58,148 nucleotides of DNA from a virus (IMGVR_UViG_3300027707_000021:1-58148), one strand, 5' to 3'; counted from the stretch's first letter, positions 1 through 9,829 are shown. Made by a program: numbers and translations. Notes: generated by a model from the letters alone, not told the origin.

Positions 1-952
1 ACATTATAATCATATCTTCATTGCTTTCATAAACACCTTTCTTTCTTGCACCATGCACACCACCTAAACCAAAGTCAGTTTTAACATCTTTATAGTTAAT
101 ACTATACCTAAAACTACCTTTTAAACTATGAGCATATATTTCTAATGCATTAAATCTTTGTAATAAAGTACTAAACTCAGTAGAAGTAAACTTAATGTAG
201 GGTAATATGATGTCTTTGATTTTAATAATATCTCTATGTGTTCTCATATTCCTTAATTCTTTTTTAGGAATATTTAGTTTTTCAGATAAATAGTATCCAA
301 ATAACTCTTTACTGATTCTTGGTTCAGAGGCACTAAATAAATTAATACCATATGTTTTAGTCAATTCTTTTCTTAATGCTATCTGTGATTTTGATCTGTT
401 ATATATTTCTTTAGTTGACTTAACATCATTAATACAGTATTCTAATATTGTATCAATCTCTTCTTTTGTAGTTATAGCTGACTCATGATGAATAGGCATT
501 TCAAGAATGTTATCCCAATCCATGCTATATTGGATCCATTTCAAACTAGAACGCTTGGCTGGATTGTCCCAGTGATGCATTTTAAAGATATCTATTTGCC
601 CAATTGCTAATTTCCATTGAGGATAATCAGCAAACTCTTTTTTATTGCTTTTTTCTATAGTTCTTTGAGCATATCTATAAATTATATTGGCAATCTCACA
701 ACCTGTAAAATCTAACCAATCATTACGGTTATCTAATATAAACTGTGTTATTTGAGAATCAAATGCCAAACCATTATAAGATATATGCCATTCTTTATTG
801 GCTATGTTTGTATTTAAGAAACTTACAAACTTTTGTAAATCATTTTGCAGGTCATGAATGACAAAAACTTCTGTTTCCAAAGTCTTATAATTTTCAAATA
901 CACCTGTAAAACAATTAGATAACGTTTCATAGTCATGTACCCAATGCTTCAT
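1..952 (-). CDS. DNA polymerase family B, N-terminal part (runs off the window)
   Basis: Not in the ORF track. Manual translation from ATG 952 gives MKHWVHDYETLSNCF (ExoI DxE), SYNGLAFD (ExoII), YCINDV (ExoIII) and FGLGGVHGA, as in crAss-like PolB. Confidence 0.85.
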   Translation of the reverse strand, partial: MKHWVHDYETLSNCFTGVFENYKTLETEVFVIHDLQNDLQKFVSFLNTNIANKEWHISYNGLAFDSQITQFILDNRNDWLDFTGCEIANIIYRYAQRTIEKSNKKEFADYPQWKLAIGQIDIFKMHHWDNPAKRSSLKWIQYSMDWDNILEMPIHHESAITTKEEIDTILEYCINDVKSTKEIYNRSKSQIALRKELTKTYGINLFSASEPRISKELFGYYLSEKLNIPKKELRNMRTHRDIIKIKDIILPYIKFTSTEFSTLLQRFNALEIYAHSLKGSFRYSINYKDVKTDFGLGGVHGARKKGVYESNEDMIIM

Positions 953-968
953 ATTTTATTGTTTAGAG

Positions 969-1000
969 CAAAAAAAAAGACATAAGTTAATACATCTTCT
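969..1000 (-). terminator. putative intrinsic terminator
   Basis: Minus strand AAGATGTA-TTAACT-TATGTCTT (two GU pairs) followed by a T run. Confidence 0.4.
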
Positions 1001-1024
1001 TTCTTGAATTAATAATTGATTAAA

Positions 1025-1441
1025 CTATGCTTGCAAGATGATATTAGATTTTTTTGTTTCTTTAAGTTCAACAAAATAAGCTTTATAATCAAATGAAGCA
1101 GCATTGATACCAAACAAATTAATAAATGTTTCAATATCTTCTTTTTCAGTAAGATAAAATTCAGAAAAAGTATCTACTAATCTTCTTTCTTCTTTAACTG
1201 TCTTACCAGTCTGTGGATTTGGAGTTTTTAATCTCATTGGTTGACCATCTTCATCTAGTTTTGCAACCATATGATAAGATTGTTTCATTACTTTGCTAAT
1301 TACAGCTAAAATGCCTGACGTAGGGTCATACATAGCTTCAACATATGGTGAGTCATTACTCACAGGAATCATGGTAAAAGATTTGGCATTTCTAAAACTT
1401 GATGTTACCAACATCATGTTTTGCCCAATTAATTGTGACAT
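1025..1441 (-). CDS. hypothetical phage protein
   Basis: 138-aa ORF in the operon. Confidence 0.7.
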   Translation of the reverse strand: MSQLIGQNMMLVTSSFRNAKSFTMIPVSNDSPYVEAMYDPTSGILAVISKVMKQSYHMVAKLDEDGQPMRLKTPNPQTGKTVKEERRLVDTFSEFYLTEKEDIETFINLFGINAASFDYKAYFVELKETKKSNIILQA

Positions 1442-1445
1442 ATTG

Positions 1446-2033
1446 TTAATTTTTATTTTTCAAAGATATAGAACTATTTTTAATTTTTTCACATAACAGT
1501 TCATTTTTTTTAAAGTATAATGTTTCTTTTTCTAAATCTGGGATACTACAAACTTCAAAAACCTCTTCAATTTGTTTTATTGAAACATCTAAAGCTTCTG
1601 CATAAAGTTTATGTGCTGAATTAGGAGATAAAAATAAACTTACATATTCTGAGATATTACCTTTATTTCCAAAGAAATCTAAAATTGTGATTTTTGTATC
1701 TAAACTAAATTTAGAATACTGCCCATCAATAAATCTTTTAAAATCTGTTTTATATTGGGTAAAGTCAAAAATAAATAAGTGTCTATCTTCATCAAGTTGT
1801 ACATATTCATAAAACAATGAGTGTTTTTTAAGATATGAATCAGAAAATAACTCAAACTTTTCAGTTGTACCTACATTGTACTCACACAAAAACTTATTTT
1901 CATCAATAGTAATCAAGTGCTCCCAGCAGACATACGTCTGCACAGGAACAAATGGTAAGCCAGATCTAAATCTCAATAATGGATAAAGAAATACTTTGCT
2001 TTTTTGAAAATAATCAGTGTATACACCCTTCAT
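1446..2033 (-). CDS. hypothetical phage protein
   Basis: 195-aa ORF, tightly packed. Confidence 0.7.
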   Translation of the reverse strand: MKGVYTDYFQKSKVFLYPLLRFRSGLPFVPVQTYVCWEHLITIDENKFLCEYNVGTTEKFELFSDSYLKKHSLFYEYVQLDEDRHLFIFDFTQYKTDFKRFIDGQYSKFSLDTKITILDFFGNKGNISEYVSLFLSPNSAHKLYAEALDVSIKQIEEVFEVCSIPDLEKETLYFKKNELLCEKIKNSSISLKNKN

Positions 2034-2035
2034 AC

Positions 2036-3040
2036 TTATAATTTAACATTTCCTAAAAGGAAATCATATGGTAATGAATAATTTTTTTCTGTATAGTGAT
2101 AAGTGGCTCTTTCAATTACATCTTCCAATGCGGCTGCCCATCCATTTAATGTTTCATCTGTAACATCAAAAACATATACTTGATTGTACTTATCTACAAC
2201 AACAAATTTAAACAAAATATTGTATTCTTGTTCAGTTTCAGCCAAATTTGCAAAAACTAATTTGCAATATATAGCTGCTTGCAACCAATAATTATAAAAA
2301 TCAATGGTTTCTTTGAAGTCTGAAATAGTTTTACCTGTTGTTTTAAGGTCACAGATAGTGACTGTTTTTGTAGAGTGATTAATTTTATAATAATCTAGGT
2401 AACCATGGAGGCCAAAAGGTTTATCTAATAAATCAGATGTTAAGTACTTTTCTGCATGTGTTTCAATTGGATCTAACTCAAAGTCAGTTTGTACATCTTC
2501 AAACAATGACATTACATCTTTGTTACTTTTAATGTTCTCAGCTTGATCTTTACATTTTGCTAGAGTATCTCCATCTACAGCATCTTTACTACTGTTTTTT
2601 AGATAGTCCCAATAAGACTCATTATCTACAGTTTGAATTTTTTCCAATCTAGCATCATCTAATTTCAAGGTTTGATACAAATTTTGATCAATCAATACCT
2701 GTAATATTTCTTGTTGAAATGTTGAGTCTTGACTTAATAAACTTGAATCACGGTTTGCTGTAATCTTATATAAAGCATTCAATACTTTAATATTACTATC
2801 TGCAGGAAGCTTACCAGGCAAGATATTAAACTTATCATTAACTTTATCTTCTTCAAATAAGAGACAGTGAATTAACTTACCTTCAACTAAATGTTTATCA
2901 GTTCTGATCTCACGGTCTTCTAAAATATAATCCTTGTAAAACAAGGATGGTGAAAACAATAGTTTATTCAGTGATGAATAACTAAACTTAAAGTTTTTAT
3001 TTGTGTAAAACTTTTCTTCTTTTACTAAATCTCTATACAT
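2036..3040 (-). CDS. PD-(D/E)XK exonuclease (RecE/ExoVIII-like)
   Basis: SYSSL N-terminal motif, G-x-L-I-H, GYLD, ICDLKTT and YWLQAAIY. Confidence 0.8.
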   Translation of the reverse strand: MYRDLVKEEKFYTNKNFKFSYSSLNKLLFSPSLFYKDYILEDREIRTDKHLVEGKLIHCLLFEEDKVNDKFNILPGKLPADSNIKVLNALYKITANRDSSLLSQDSTFQQEILQVLIDQNLYQTLKLDDARLEKIQTVDNESYWDYLKNSSKDAVDGDTLAKCKDQAENIKSNKDVMSLFEDVQTDFELDPIETHAEKYLTSDLLDKPFGLHGYLDYYKINHSTKTVTICDLKTTGKTISDFKETIDFYNYWLQAAIYCKLVFANLAETEQEYNILFKFVVVDKYNQVYVFDVTDETLNGWAAALEDVIERATYHYTEKNYSLPYDFLLGNVKL

Positions 3041-4179
3041 TCTTTTTTTTCTATTATTAAGTTTTTAAATTTGTCTACTAAGTATATAGATTCTAGATCT
3101 ATTGAAAACACATTGTTTTTACAACCAAAAGTATTTCTAATTACTGAATCATACATTTTTTTAATTGTTTTTTCTACAATAAAATCTGTTAATTTATTTT
3201 CTTCAGATAATAATGTTACATATTGATCATAAGCCCACTGACGGTTATTATCTTTACTACCAGAAAACCTCTCAAGTCTTTTACGTAATGTTTTTACATT
3301 GATGTTATTCCAGTTGTTAGTGTCTTTGAACCAATCATAATACCAAAAGAATAAAAAGCTAACAATATCAAAAGACTCTTCAACATTACAATTGGCTAGC
3401 ATTTCTGTAGCTAAAGTTCTATTATCTTTATCACTACTAGTAATCATCTTTGATACTTGATCAAACTCCTCTTCACTTATTACTGCTAAATCTTCTGATA
3501 TAATTTTATTAATTTCAACATCTTTTACAACTAATGCAGTTGTACTAGTTAATTGATTATATAAAACTATACCATCATTTTTAATAAGCATATCTCTATT
3601 ACCATCAAAATCAAAATTAGAAAGTTTATCTGTAATTAAATCACCAACTGGTGATACATATCTATAGTCTTTAACAATAGCAATTCTTATATAAGCATCT
3701 TTTTCTACTACAGATAAAATATCCTTACATTTATTTAATCCAGATTCAGTTAAATCATCATTTTGTTTTAAAAAATTAAATATTTCAAACATTTGAGCAT
3801 AACTAATTGATTTTCCCCAACTAAGTGTAAGTAAACTTAGAATTAATTTATCTGATATAATATGAATATCTGCTAATTCAGAATCTCTAATGATTTTTAC
3901 ATTAAATTTTGTTTTAAGCAAATCAACTTTTTGTCTTGGTAATTCTAAATTTGGATATCTATATATTTTTTTATCTTGTAAATCAATTGGTTGATTTGAA
4001 GTAGTTATACCTAGTAAATCAAGTTCTTTATCATCAGGACACCAACTATGTGATCTACCAAAATAATAACCATCTTCTTTCAAATTAAAACAGCCAATAC
4101 CTAGTCTTTCTTTTCCATTAGACCAGGTTGAATGTTCTTTTGAAACTGTTATATCTAATGTATAATGTTTTTTTTTCAT
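3025..4179 (-). CDS. hypothetical protein with BRCT-like segment (paralog 1)
   Basis: KIYRYPNLELPRQKVDLL...VKIIRDSELADIHII segment resembles a BRCT core; aligns by eye with the neighbouring ORF. Confidence 0.55.
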   Translation of the reverse strand: MKKKHYTLDITVSKEHSTWSNGKERLGIGCFNLKEDGYYFGRSHSWCPDDKELDLLGITTSNQPIDLQDKKIYRYPNLELPRQKVDLLKTKFNVKIIRDSELADIHIISDKLILSLLTLSWGKSISYAQMFEIFNFLKQNDDLTESGLNKCKDILSVVEKDAYIRIAIVKDYRYVSPVGDLITDKLSNFDFDGNRDMLIKNDGIVLYNQLTSTTALVVKDVEINKIISEDLAVISEEEFDQVSKMITSSDKDNRTLATEMLANCNVEESFDIVSFLFFWYYDWFKDTNNWNNINVKTLRKRLERFSGSKDNNRQWAYDQYVTLLSEENKLTDFIVEKTIKKMYDSVIRNTFGCKNNVFSIDLESIYLVDKFKNLIIEKKECIEI

Positions 4180-4184
4180 TTTAT

Positions 4185-5207
4185 TTATTTTAAATATTTT
4201 AAATATTCAGGTTTTACTTGTACTTTAAATACATACAAGTCTCTATTACTAATATGAATTTCTTTTCTTACAATTGGTTCCAAGTATTTGAAATTAATTG
4301 AATTAAGTTTTTCATTTTGTTCTAACCAAAGAATCATATCATGTGCACTTTTTCTAGAGAATTTATTGAAATCAGATTGTTGTAACCAATACTGAACATC
4401 TTTATCTCTGTTAAAATTATACATGTGACGTTCTGCTTTCTGAGAAAACGCCCATAATAAATGATAGTTTTGTAAATAATCAATTGTAGGAATAACTTTT
4501 GCAGCTATAGCTTTATCTTCATCATTATAAGATGATAAATACTTTTGTATATCTTCTAACAATACTTCATCTAAAACTTGTTTATTTGCTGATTCATAGA
4601 TTACTGTATCTGCATCAATTGTACCTACTAAACCTAAATCAATTTTATGTGCTAAATTTACTGCCATACCTGTAATCATCCATTCATCATATAATGAGTC
4701 ACCAGTAGTACAATTATAATATCTTACCTTATTAGATAAGTTACCATCATAAATTACATCTCCCGAATAAACATCTACAGCTAAAACAGAACCATTTGTT
4801 TCATTAAGAGTTTGATAGTTCCATAACTTGGCCATTAATACAGTTGACTTAATATTTTCTCCACTTTCAAATCTTTCATAGATATCATTATGGGTAATAA
4901 TCAAATCAGCTAATTCATAATCATTGGTTACAGTTATACCGTGTTCTTTTAAAGCAGATTTAATTCTATCTAATGAAACATTACACTTAGGCAATACAAA
5001 AGCTTTCTTTTTGGTTTTAAAAGTTGTACTATCTTCAGTACTAGTTATTAATATATCATTAATTTTTTTAAATGTTGTTTCATCTTGAGTAACTAATACA
5101 TCTTCAACCACATTGGATGATAGAACCCCATAATATGGGGCACTATCTAATCCAAAATGATTTAAAGCAGCTGTCTCATATGATTGATAAACTGATTTAT
5201 TTGCCAT
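4185..5207 (-). CDS. hypothetical protein with BRCT-like segment (paralog 2)
   Basis: KAFVLPKCNVSLDRIKSAL...ITVTNDYELADLIIT. Confidence 0.55.
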   Translation of the reverse strand: MANKSVYQSYETAALNHFGLDSAPYYGVLSSNVVEDVLVTQDETTFKKINDILITSTEDSTTFKTKKKAFVLPKCNVSLDRIKSALKEHGITVTNDYELADLIITHNDIYERFESGENIKSTVLMAKLWNYQTLNETNGSVLAVDVYSGDVIYDGNLSNKVRYYNCTTGDSLYDEWMITGMAVNLAHKIDLGLVGTIDADTVIYESANKQVLDEVLLEDIQKYLSSYNDEDKAIAAKVIPTIDYLQNYHLLWAFSQKAERHMYNFNRDKDVQYWLQQSDFNKFSRKSAHDMILWLEQNEKLNSINFKYLEPIVRKEIHISNRDLYVFKVQVKPEYLKYLK

Positions 5208-5208
5208 T

Positions 5209-6480
5209 TTATTTCATTGTCATTTTGATGATATCAGGGTTCATCATCATGCGGTTAAACTTCTGTTTGTTACCATTAAAGATTGTACGTACAATTAAAT
5301 ACTTAAGATCATTGGTAAAATAGTCTTTAGTACAAAGAGCTATTAATCTATCAGATATTTTTTGACTTACAGTATTATCTTTACTATAAACAACTGAATA
5401 GTTAGATAACCTTGTTGCTAAAGTAGCAGCAATGTCTGCACGGTATGAATCATCTTTACCAATACAACTTCTTAACTCACCTAAAATATATGATTCATTA
5501 TCATGAGTCAACAAATCTTTAGGTGTTACCAGTTTGTCCAGTTTGTTGTTAATAAATGTAGTAAACATAGAAGCAAAAGCATCTCCAACAGAACCTTCAC
5601 CAATCATTTGAATTAATGATAGGTTTGATTCAAAGTTATCAAAACTAGATATAGCATTGAAAAATGTTGTAATAGATCTTGCATTTGTTTCTAGTGTAAC
5701 TAATTCTGGGTGTAATAACAAGAAGTTAATACATCTTGAGTCAATACCTGCTTCTTCTGCCCACTGTGCCCATACATTAACATCAAACTTAAGGTTTGCT
5801 GTAACATATCTTGTTTTTTGTGCAGCATCCACTGAATTTACCATATACTCACCATTGTCTGGATTTGCTGTTAATATGATGTGCCAATCTTTTGGTAATA
5901 CCCAAGAGATATATGTTTGTCTATCTATTAACTCCATTACTGCTTGGATGAAGCGGGTGTCACTTCTATTCCAATCGTCAAGGAGAAGTATTCCACCTTC
6001 TTTTTTGTCAGCAATCCACTCAGGTGGACAATAAGACATCCTGTTCTTACCTGTCATTTTATATCCAGTTTTTAGATATTCTTGAACTGCAAGTTCATCA
6101 ACCCATAATCCAACTTTTTTAGTAGCTGGTGCTTGTATATTAGCAAGGTCTGATGATGCAGCTGATCTTTGTGCTGCAGTATAGGATAAATCATCTATTT
6201 TAGGCTCTGAAACTCTTGTTTCTTTATACATTTGAAATTGACGTACTGGGAATCCTACTAAGTCACCCAACTCTTCTATCTGTGCAAGGTTAACCTTTAC
6301 AAAGTTTAAGTTGTTTTCTTTAGCTAGCTCAACAATGGTAGATGTTTTACCAATTCCTGATTCTCCTAATACTTCTACTGATACAGATTGTTTACCTTGT
6401 GCTTGTAAAAATCTATTGTTTGTAATAATGTGATTCACAAACCCTTTTAATTCTGTTACATTTAAATTTACTTGTGCCAT
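5209..6480 (-). CDS. MoxR-like AAA+ ATPase
   Basis: Walker A GESGIGKT, GDLVGFP, Walker B LLLDDWNR, sensor LTANP. Confidence 0.85.
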   Translation of the reverse strand: MAQVNLNVTELKGFVNHIITNNRFLQAQGKQSVSVEVLGESGIGKTSTIVELAKENNLNFVKVNLAQIEELGDLVGFPVRQFQMYKETRVSEPKIDDLSYTAAQRSAASSDLANIQAPATKKVGLWVDELAVQEYLKTGYKMTGKNRMSYCPPEWIADKKEGGILLLDDWNRSDTRFIQAVMELIDRQTYISWVLPKDWHIILTANPDNGEYMVNSVDAAQKTRYVTANLKFDVNVWAQWAEEAGIDSRCINFLLLHPELVTLETNARSITTFFNAISSFDNFESNLSLIQMIGEGSVGDAFASMFTTFINNKLDKLVTPKDLLTHDNESYILGELRSCIGKDDSYRADIAATLATRLSNYSVVYSKDNTVSQKISDRLIALCTKDYFTNDLKYLIVRTIFNGNKQKFNRMMMNPDIIKMTMK

Positions 6481-6502
6481 GTTTTTTTTCTATTAATTTA
6501 AT

Positions 6503-6889
6503 TTATAATTCTGCATCAAATGAACAAGATCCTGTTTCTTGTATGCAATCTAATATTTTTCTCCCTAAAAGATAATCATAATATTCTGAAAGTTGATTTT
6601 CTGTTAATTCAGGTAATCCGCCTTCTTCTATATATGAAGCAAAAGATAACGGAGCATCATCTTGTGTTTTGTATAGATCAAAATATATTTTCAGTGCTGG
6701 TTTATGTCCTCCAAATGCATCTTCAATATTTTTTAATTCATTTTTTAATTCTTCTAAATCATCTTCATTATAATTATACTGTAAATAATTTGGTGTTTGA
6801 CCTGTTACTCCAAATCTATCTGCAGCATCACTACTTTGAATAGCAAAAGCAAATTTACCTTCTATGTCTCCTGAATAATATCTTCCCAT
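6503..6889 (-). CDS. hypothetical phage protein
   Basis: 128-aa acidic ORF starting MGRYYSGDIEGKF. Confidence 0.7.
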   Translation of the reverse strand: MGRYYSGDIEGKFAFAIQSSDAADRFGVTGQTPNYLQYNYNEDDLEELKNELKNIEDAFGGHKPALKIYFDLYKTQDDAPLSFASYIEEGGLPELTENQLSEYYDYLLGRKILDCIQETGSCSFDAEL

Positions 6890-6891
6890 GA

Positions 6892-7831
6892 TTAATTTAG
6901 TTTAATAACCTTACCAGGCAACTCTTCATTCATAGTAGAAATACTACTCAATACCCATAAAGCATTGTTTGGACAATTGCTTGGAGCATAAGCTTCTCCA
7001 TCTGTCAAATATATTAGTGCTGTATAACACTTCTTTTCATTATAGTGGTCAATTACAGGTTGGAAACTTGTTCCACCTCTACCATGTATATTCCAATCTT
7101 TTTTTGGATTAAACTCTTCTACAGTTCTAAGTGTTGTATCACACTGCGCAACAGTAATCTTATGACCTGTTTTAGTCATATGACATAACTCATTGTAAAA
7201 CTCTTTAAGCTCTGATGTATTTACAGATCCAGATGTGTCAATACCAACAAGAATATGATTTTTGAATTTAATCTTTAGTCCTGGGTTTTCAGCATATCTT
7301 TTATTGTATTTACGTCTCAGCTTTTTAGTGTACACTACAGATGAGTTTCCAACAAATCTTCTCAAATAAGCTTTCCAATCAAATTTAGCTGGCTCAATAT
7401 GAAATAACTTTGCAATTAATTCACTTAACTCACCAGGAACATTTCCTTGTTTCTTTTGAGTTTGTTCAGCAGCCTCTTTTAACTGATGGTCTATTTGTTT
7501 TTGAACAAGTTTTTTATCAGCTTCAGGTAACTCATCAAATTCTTTCCATGTGCTATGGCAATACTCTGATTCACCATCCATCTGATCCATCAATGAATCT
7601 AATGAAGGAGATGTTCCATCTTCTTTGGCCTGTTCCAACAAATTGTAATAGACTTTGGTCCCTGCTTTAGTAGGAAGATTTAATTCAGGAAAACTACTTA
7701 GTAATAATCCACCGTCTGGTAGCAAATTTGAACTAATATATTGATTGATCTCTAGATCTGCAGCTATATTAAATAACTTGTGATCAGAATACAAATCTCT
7801 CATCAATAAATGTCCAAATGCTATGTGTAAG
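6892..7831 (-). CDS. HEXXH metallopeptidase-vWA protein (DUF2201-like), exon 2
   Basis: Frame is open from 7830 as LHIAFGHLLMRD...; NIAADLEIN; MIDAS motif DTSGS, GRGGT and LTDG. Confidence 0.85.
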
Positions 7832-7881
7832 CATTTATGTTAACTCATACTTTCATATGAGATCAGACTATACCTTCATCC

Positions 7882-8718
7882 CTATTGGGATGGTCTATTG
7901 TAGTCGTTGAACCTCTTTCTTGGTTTATATGTGTCTAAGTAAATAATAAAAACTTTTCTTTTTCTTTCTAAACATGTAATATAATCTTTATACATGTAAT
8001 TAAATAGATTAAGAGTATCTTGTAAAGAATGTTGTGTAATATAACAATCTTTATTTTTTTTAATAGTTTTATTTTTTACAGGTAATATACTTAATAAGTC
8101 AATTATAAATTTTTGTGAACCTGAACAAAAACCTGATTTTAAGATTTTCCAATCATTATTTTTTAGATTTTTGTAAATACCAACTGTACCATCTCCATCA
8201 AAATAACCTCTTATAAAGTGATGAATTAATTCATCATCTAGTATAGGTATTCTAATTGTTTTAGTTTTAGTTGGTGTACATCCTAAATTATTCAAATCAT
8301 TATACATTTGTGCTGATGTTATCTGAGCTTTCCATATATATTTTTTAAATATTTTTTGATATTCACAATTTGGAGAATTATTTGATCCAATATCTGATAA
8401 AAATAGGTTTACCCATTCTTTGTCTTTTGAAGAAAAAATAACTTGTCCAGATTTACTTGCTTTTTTTGTAATACTACCATCTGCAAATAATACACCTAAC
8501 CAATAGGCTTTTTTTTCTGTATTTATAACATTAAAAAAGTCATCTTGACATGTGTATTTCATTGATGATTCAGACAAAGTTCTTGATTTTACATTATTTC
8601 TTTTTAAAATAGCAAATACTGTTTTAACATTTATTGTTAAAATATCTGCAATCTTTTTACCTGATAATTTATCAGTAATGTAATAATTAATTACTTTTTG
8701 TTCTATTTCTGTTTTCAT
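7882..8718 (-). CDS. intron-encoded LAGLIDADG homing endonuclease with N-terminal HTH
   Basis: Two motifs, YWLGVLFADG and HFIRGYFDGDG; its 3' end overlaps the intron R/P8 elements. Confidence 0.9.
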   Translation of the reverse strand: MKTEIEQKVINYYITDKLSGKKIADILTINVKTVFAILKRNNVKSRTLSESSMKYTCQDDFFNVINTEKKAYWLGVLFADGSITKKASKSGQVIFSSKDKEWVNLFLSDIGSNNSPNCEYQKIFKKYIWKAQITSAQMYNDLNNLGCTPTKTKTIRIPILDDELIHHFIRGYFDGDGTVGIYKNLKNNDWKILKSGFCSGSQKFIIDLLSILPVKNKTIKKNKDCYITQHSLQDTLNLFNYMYKDYITCLERKRKVFIIYLDTYKPRKRFNDYNRPSQ

Positions 8719-8730
8719 ATATGTAAGTGT

Positions 8731-8752
8731 TTATATTACAATATACCAAAAA
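8731..8752 (-). promoter_or_regulatory. putative late-type promoter for the homing endonuclease
   Basis: TTTTTGGTATATTGTAATATAA matches the motif found before the late operons. Confidence 0.5.
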
Positions 8753-8941
8753 TAAATCATATAGCCAAGAAATTTGGCTGCGGATTTCCCATTTAAATAT
8801 TTTTATCTTTTTTACTATACCTGAGTAGTTAATTCAGCCACATACTACCTCACGGTGCATGCTTAGTAGATAAAACTTTAGGGAGTCCCCGTCAATTTAA
8901 GACATTTTACATATACATTGCTGTATAAGGAGCCCTAGTTA

Positions 8942-9162
8942 AGCTCATGCTTAATCAATCCAACTCTATGTGGTTCACTTAATTCAGTGAAAAAATTAGG
9001 GTTAATTGTTAACTGCATACCAATTCCATGTTTACTTACACCTGCTGTAGATATACGGTCACTGAATTGTTTATTTATACCAATTAAAAAAAGCCCGTAA
9101 AAGGGCTCATCTAGAATTAAAGTTTTGGTGGTTCTTGCAACACCATCTTGTATATTTATCAT
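8942..9162 (-). CDS. HEXXH metallopeptidase-vWA protein, exon 1
   Basis: EPFYGLFL...TAGV...INPNFF...LIKHE(L), typical of the DUF2201 N-terminal peptidase; 221+940 nt gives a 386-aa spliced protein. Confidence 0.85.
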
Positions 9163-9461
9163 TTTTGTGGATATAATATTTTTAATAATATTTTTTGATA
9201 GACAACATAATCTCCAACATTTTTTACTGTAGAGTTAACATTTTTACCAACTAATTCTTCAGGTTTATACTTTTTATCAATAGCAATAAGAAAACGTGCT
9301 CTTTTTTCAAACAAAAATGATTTAGTAAATAATAAATCTAAAACATCTTTATCATCAAAGTTTAAGTTTTTGTAATTTTCTAAAGCTAATTCAAAGTCTT
9401 CTTCCTGACCCATAAACATTTCACGTAATGAAAAAAACTCTTTAACTGTTATTCTTGCCAT
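9159..9461 (-). CDS. hypothetical protein
   Basis: 100-aa ORF overlapping its neighbours. Confidence 0.65.
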   Translation of the reverse strand: MARITVKEFFSLREMFMGQEEDFELALENYKNLNFDDKDVLDLLFTKSFLFEKRARFLIAIDKKYKPEELVGKNVNSTVKNVGDYVVYQKILLKILYPQK

Positions 9462-9825
9462 CTGGTAAAATTTCTATAATTACTCCAGGATTAACTTTGT
9501 CATATTTGTACTCTACAAATACAGGTAATATACAATCTGCATTATCATCTTCAATCCAACCAAATGTAACCATATCATCTTGCACTGTTTGTGCGGGATT
9601 AATATAATCAAATTTATGTTTGCTGCCTCTGATAAATGTAAACTGGATACTTACGGGTTGTTGATGTTTGGCTAATTCAGCTTTAAATTCATCAGCGTAC
9701 TGTGCATAATAATCTTTAGCTATTTTTCTATAATTTACAACAGTTTTGCTTGCTATAAAATACTTACCGGTCCATCTTCTACCATTTTTACTACTTGGGA
9801 CTGAGCCCGGTATGAACCATTTCAT
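9442..9825 (-). CDS. RusA-like Holliday junction resolvase
   Basis: PGSVPSSKN, FDYINPAQTVQDDMV and WIEDDN motifs (DxxN...D...DD). Confidence 0.7.
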   Translation of the reverse strand: MKWFIPGSVPSSKNGRRWTGKYFIASKTVVNYRKIAKDYYAQYADEFKAELAKHQQPVSIQFTFIRGSKHKFDYINPAQTVQDDMVTFGWIEDDNADCILPVFVEYKYDKVNPGVIIEILPDGKNNS

Positions 9826-9829
9826 TTTT

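Larger units (their letters stand above)
7832..8941 (-). mobile_element. group I self-splicing intron (about 1110 nt)
   Basis: P1 GAGCU/GGCUC with a U.G pair at the 5' splice site; P2 with GCAA tetraloop (8912-8927); P AAAUUGACGGGGAC (8885-8898); Q AAUCCGCAGC (8777-8786); R GUUCAACGACUA (7901-7912); P8 hairpin (7877-7892); S AAGGUAUAGUC (7866-7876); P9 with GAAA loop (7844-7861); terminal G at 7832; splicing restores the reading frame. Confidence 0.92.

Noticed and set aside
8935-9162. Apparent stand-alone 75-aa gene, or TAG read-through/recoding
   Set aside because: It is exon 1 and the TAG lies in intron P1. TAG and TGA end several clear genes (for example MCP ends in TAG), so there is no evidence of stop-codon reassignment
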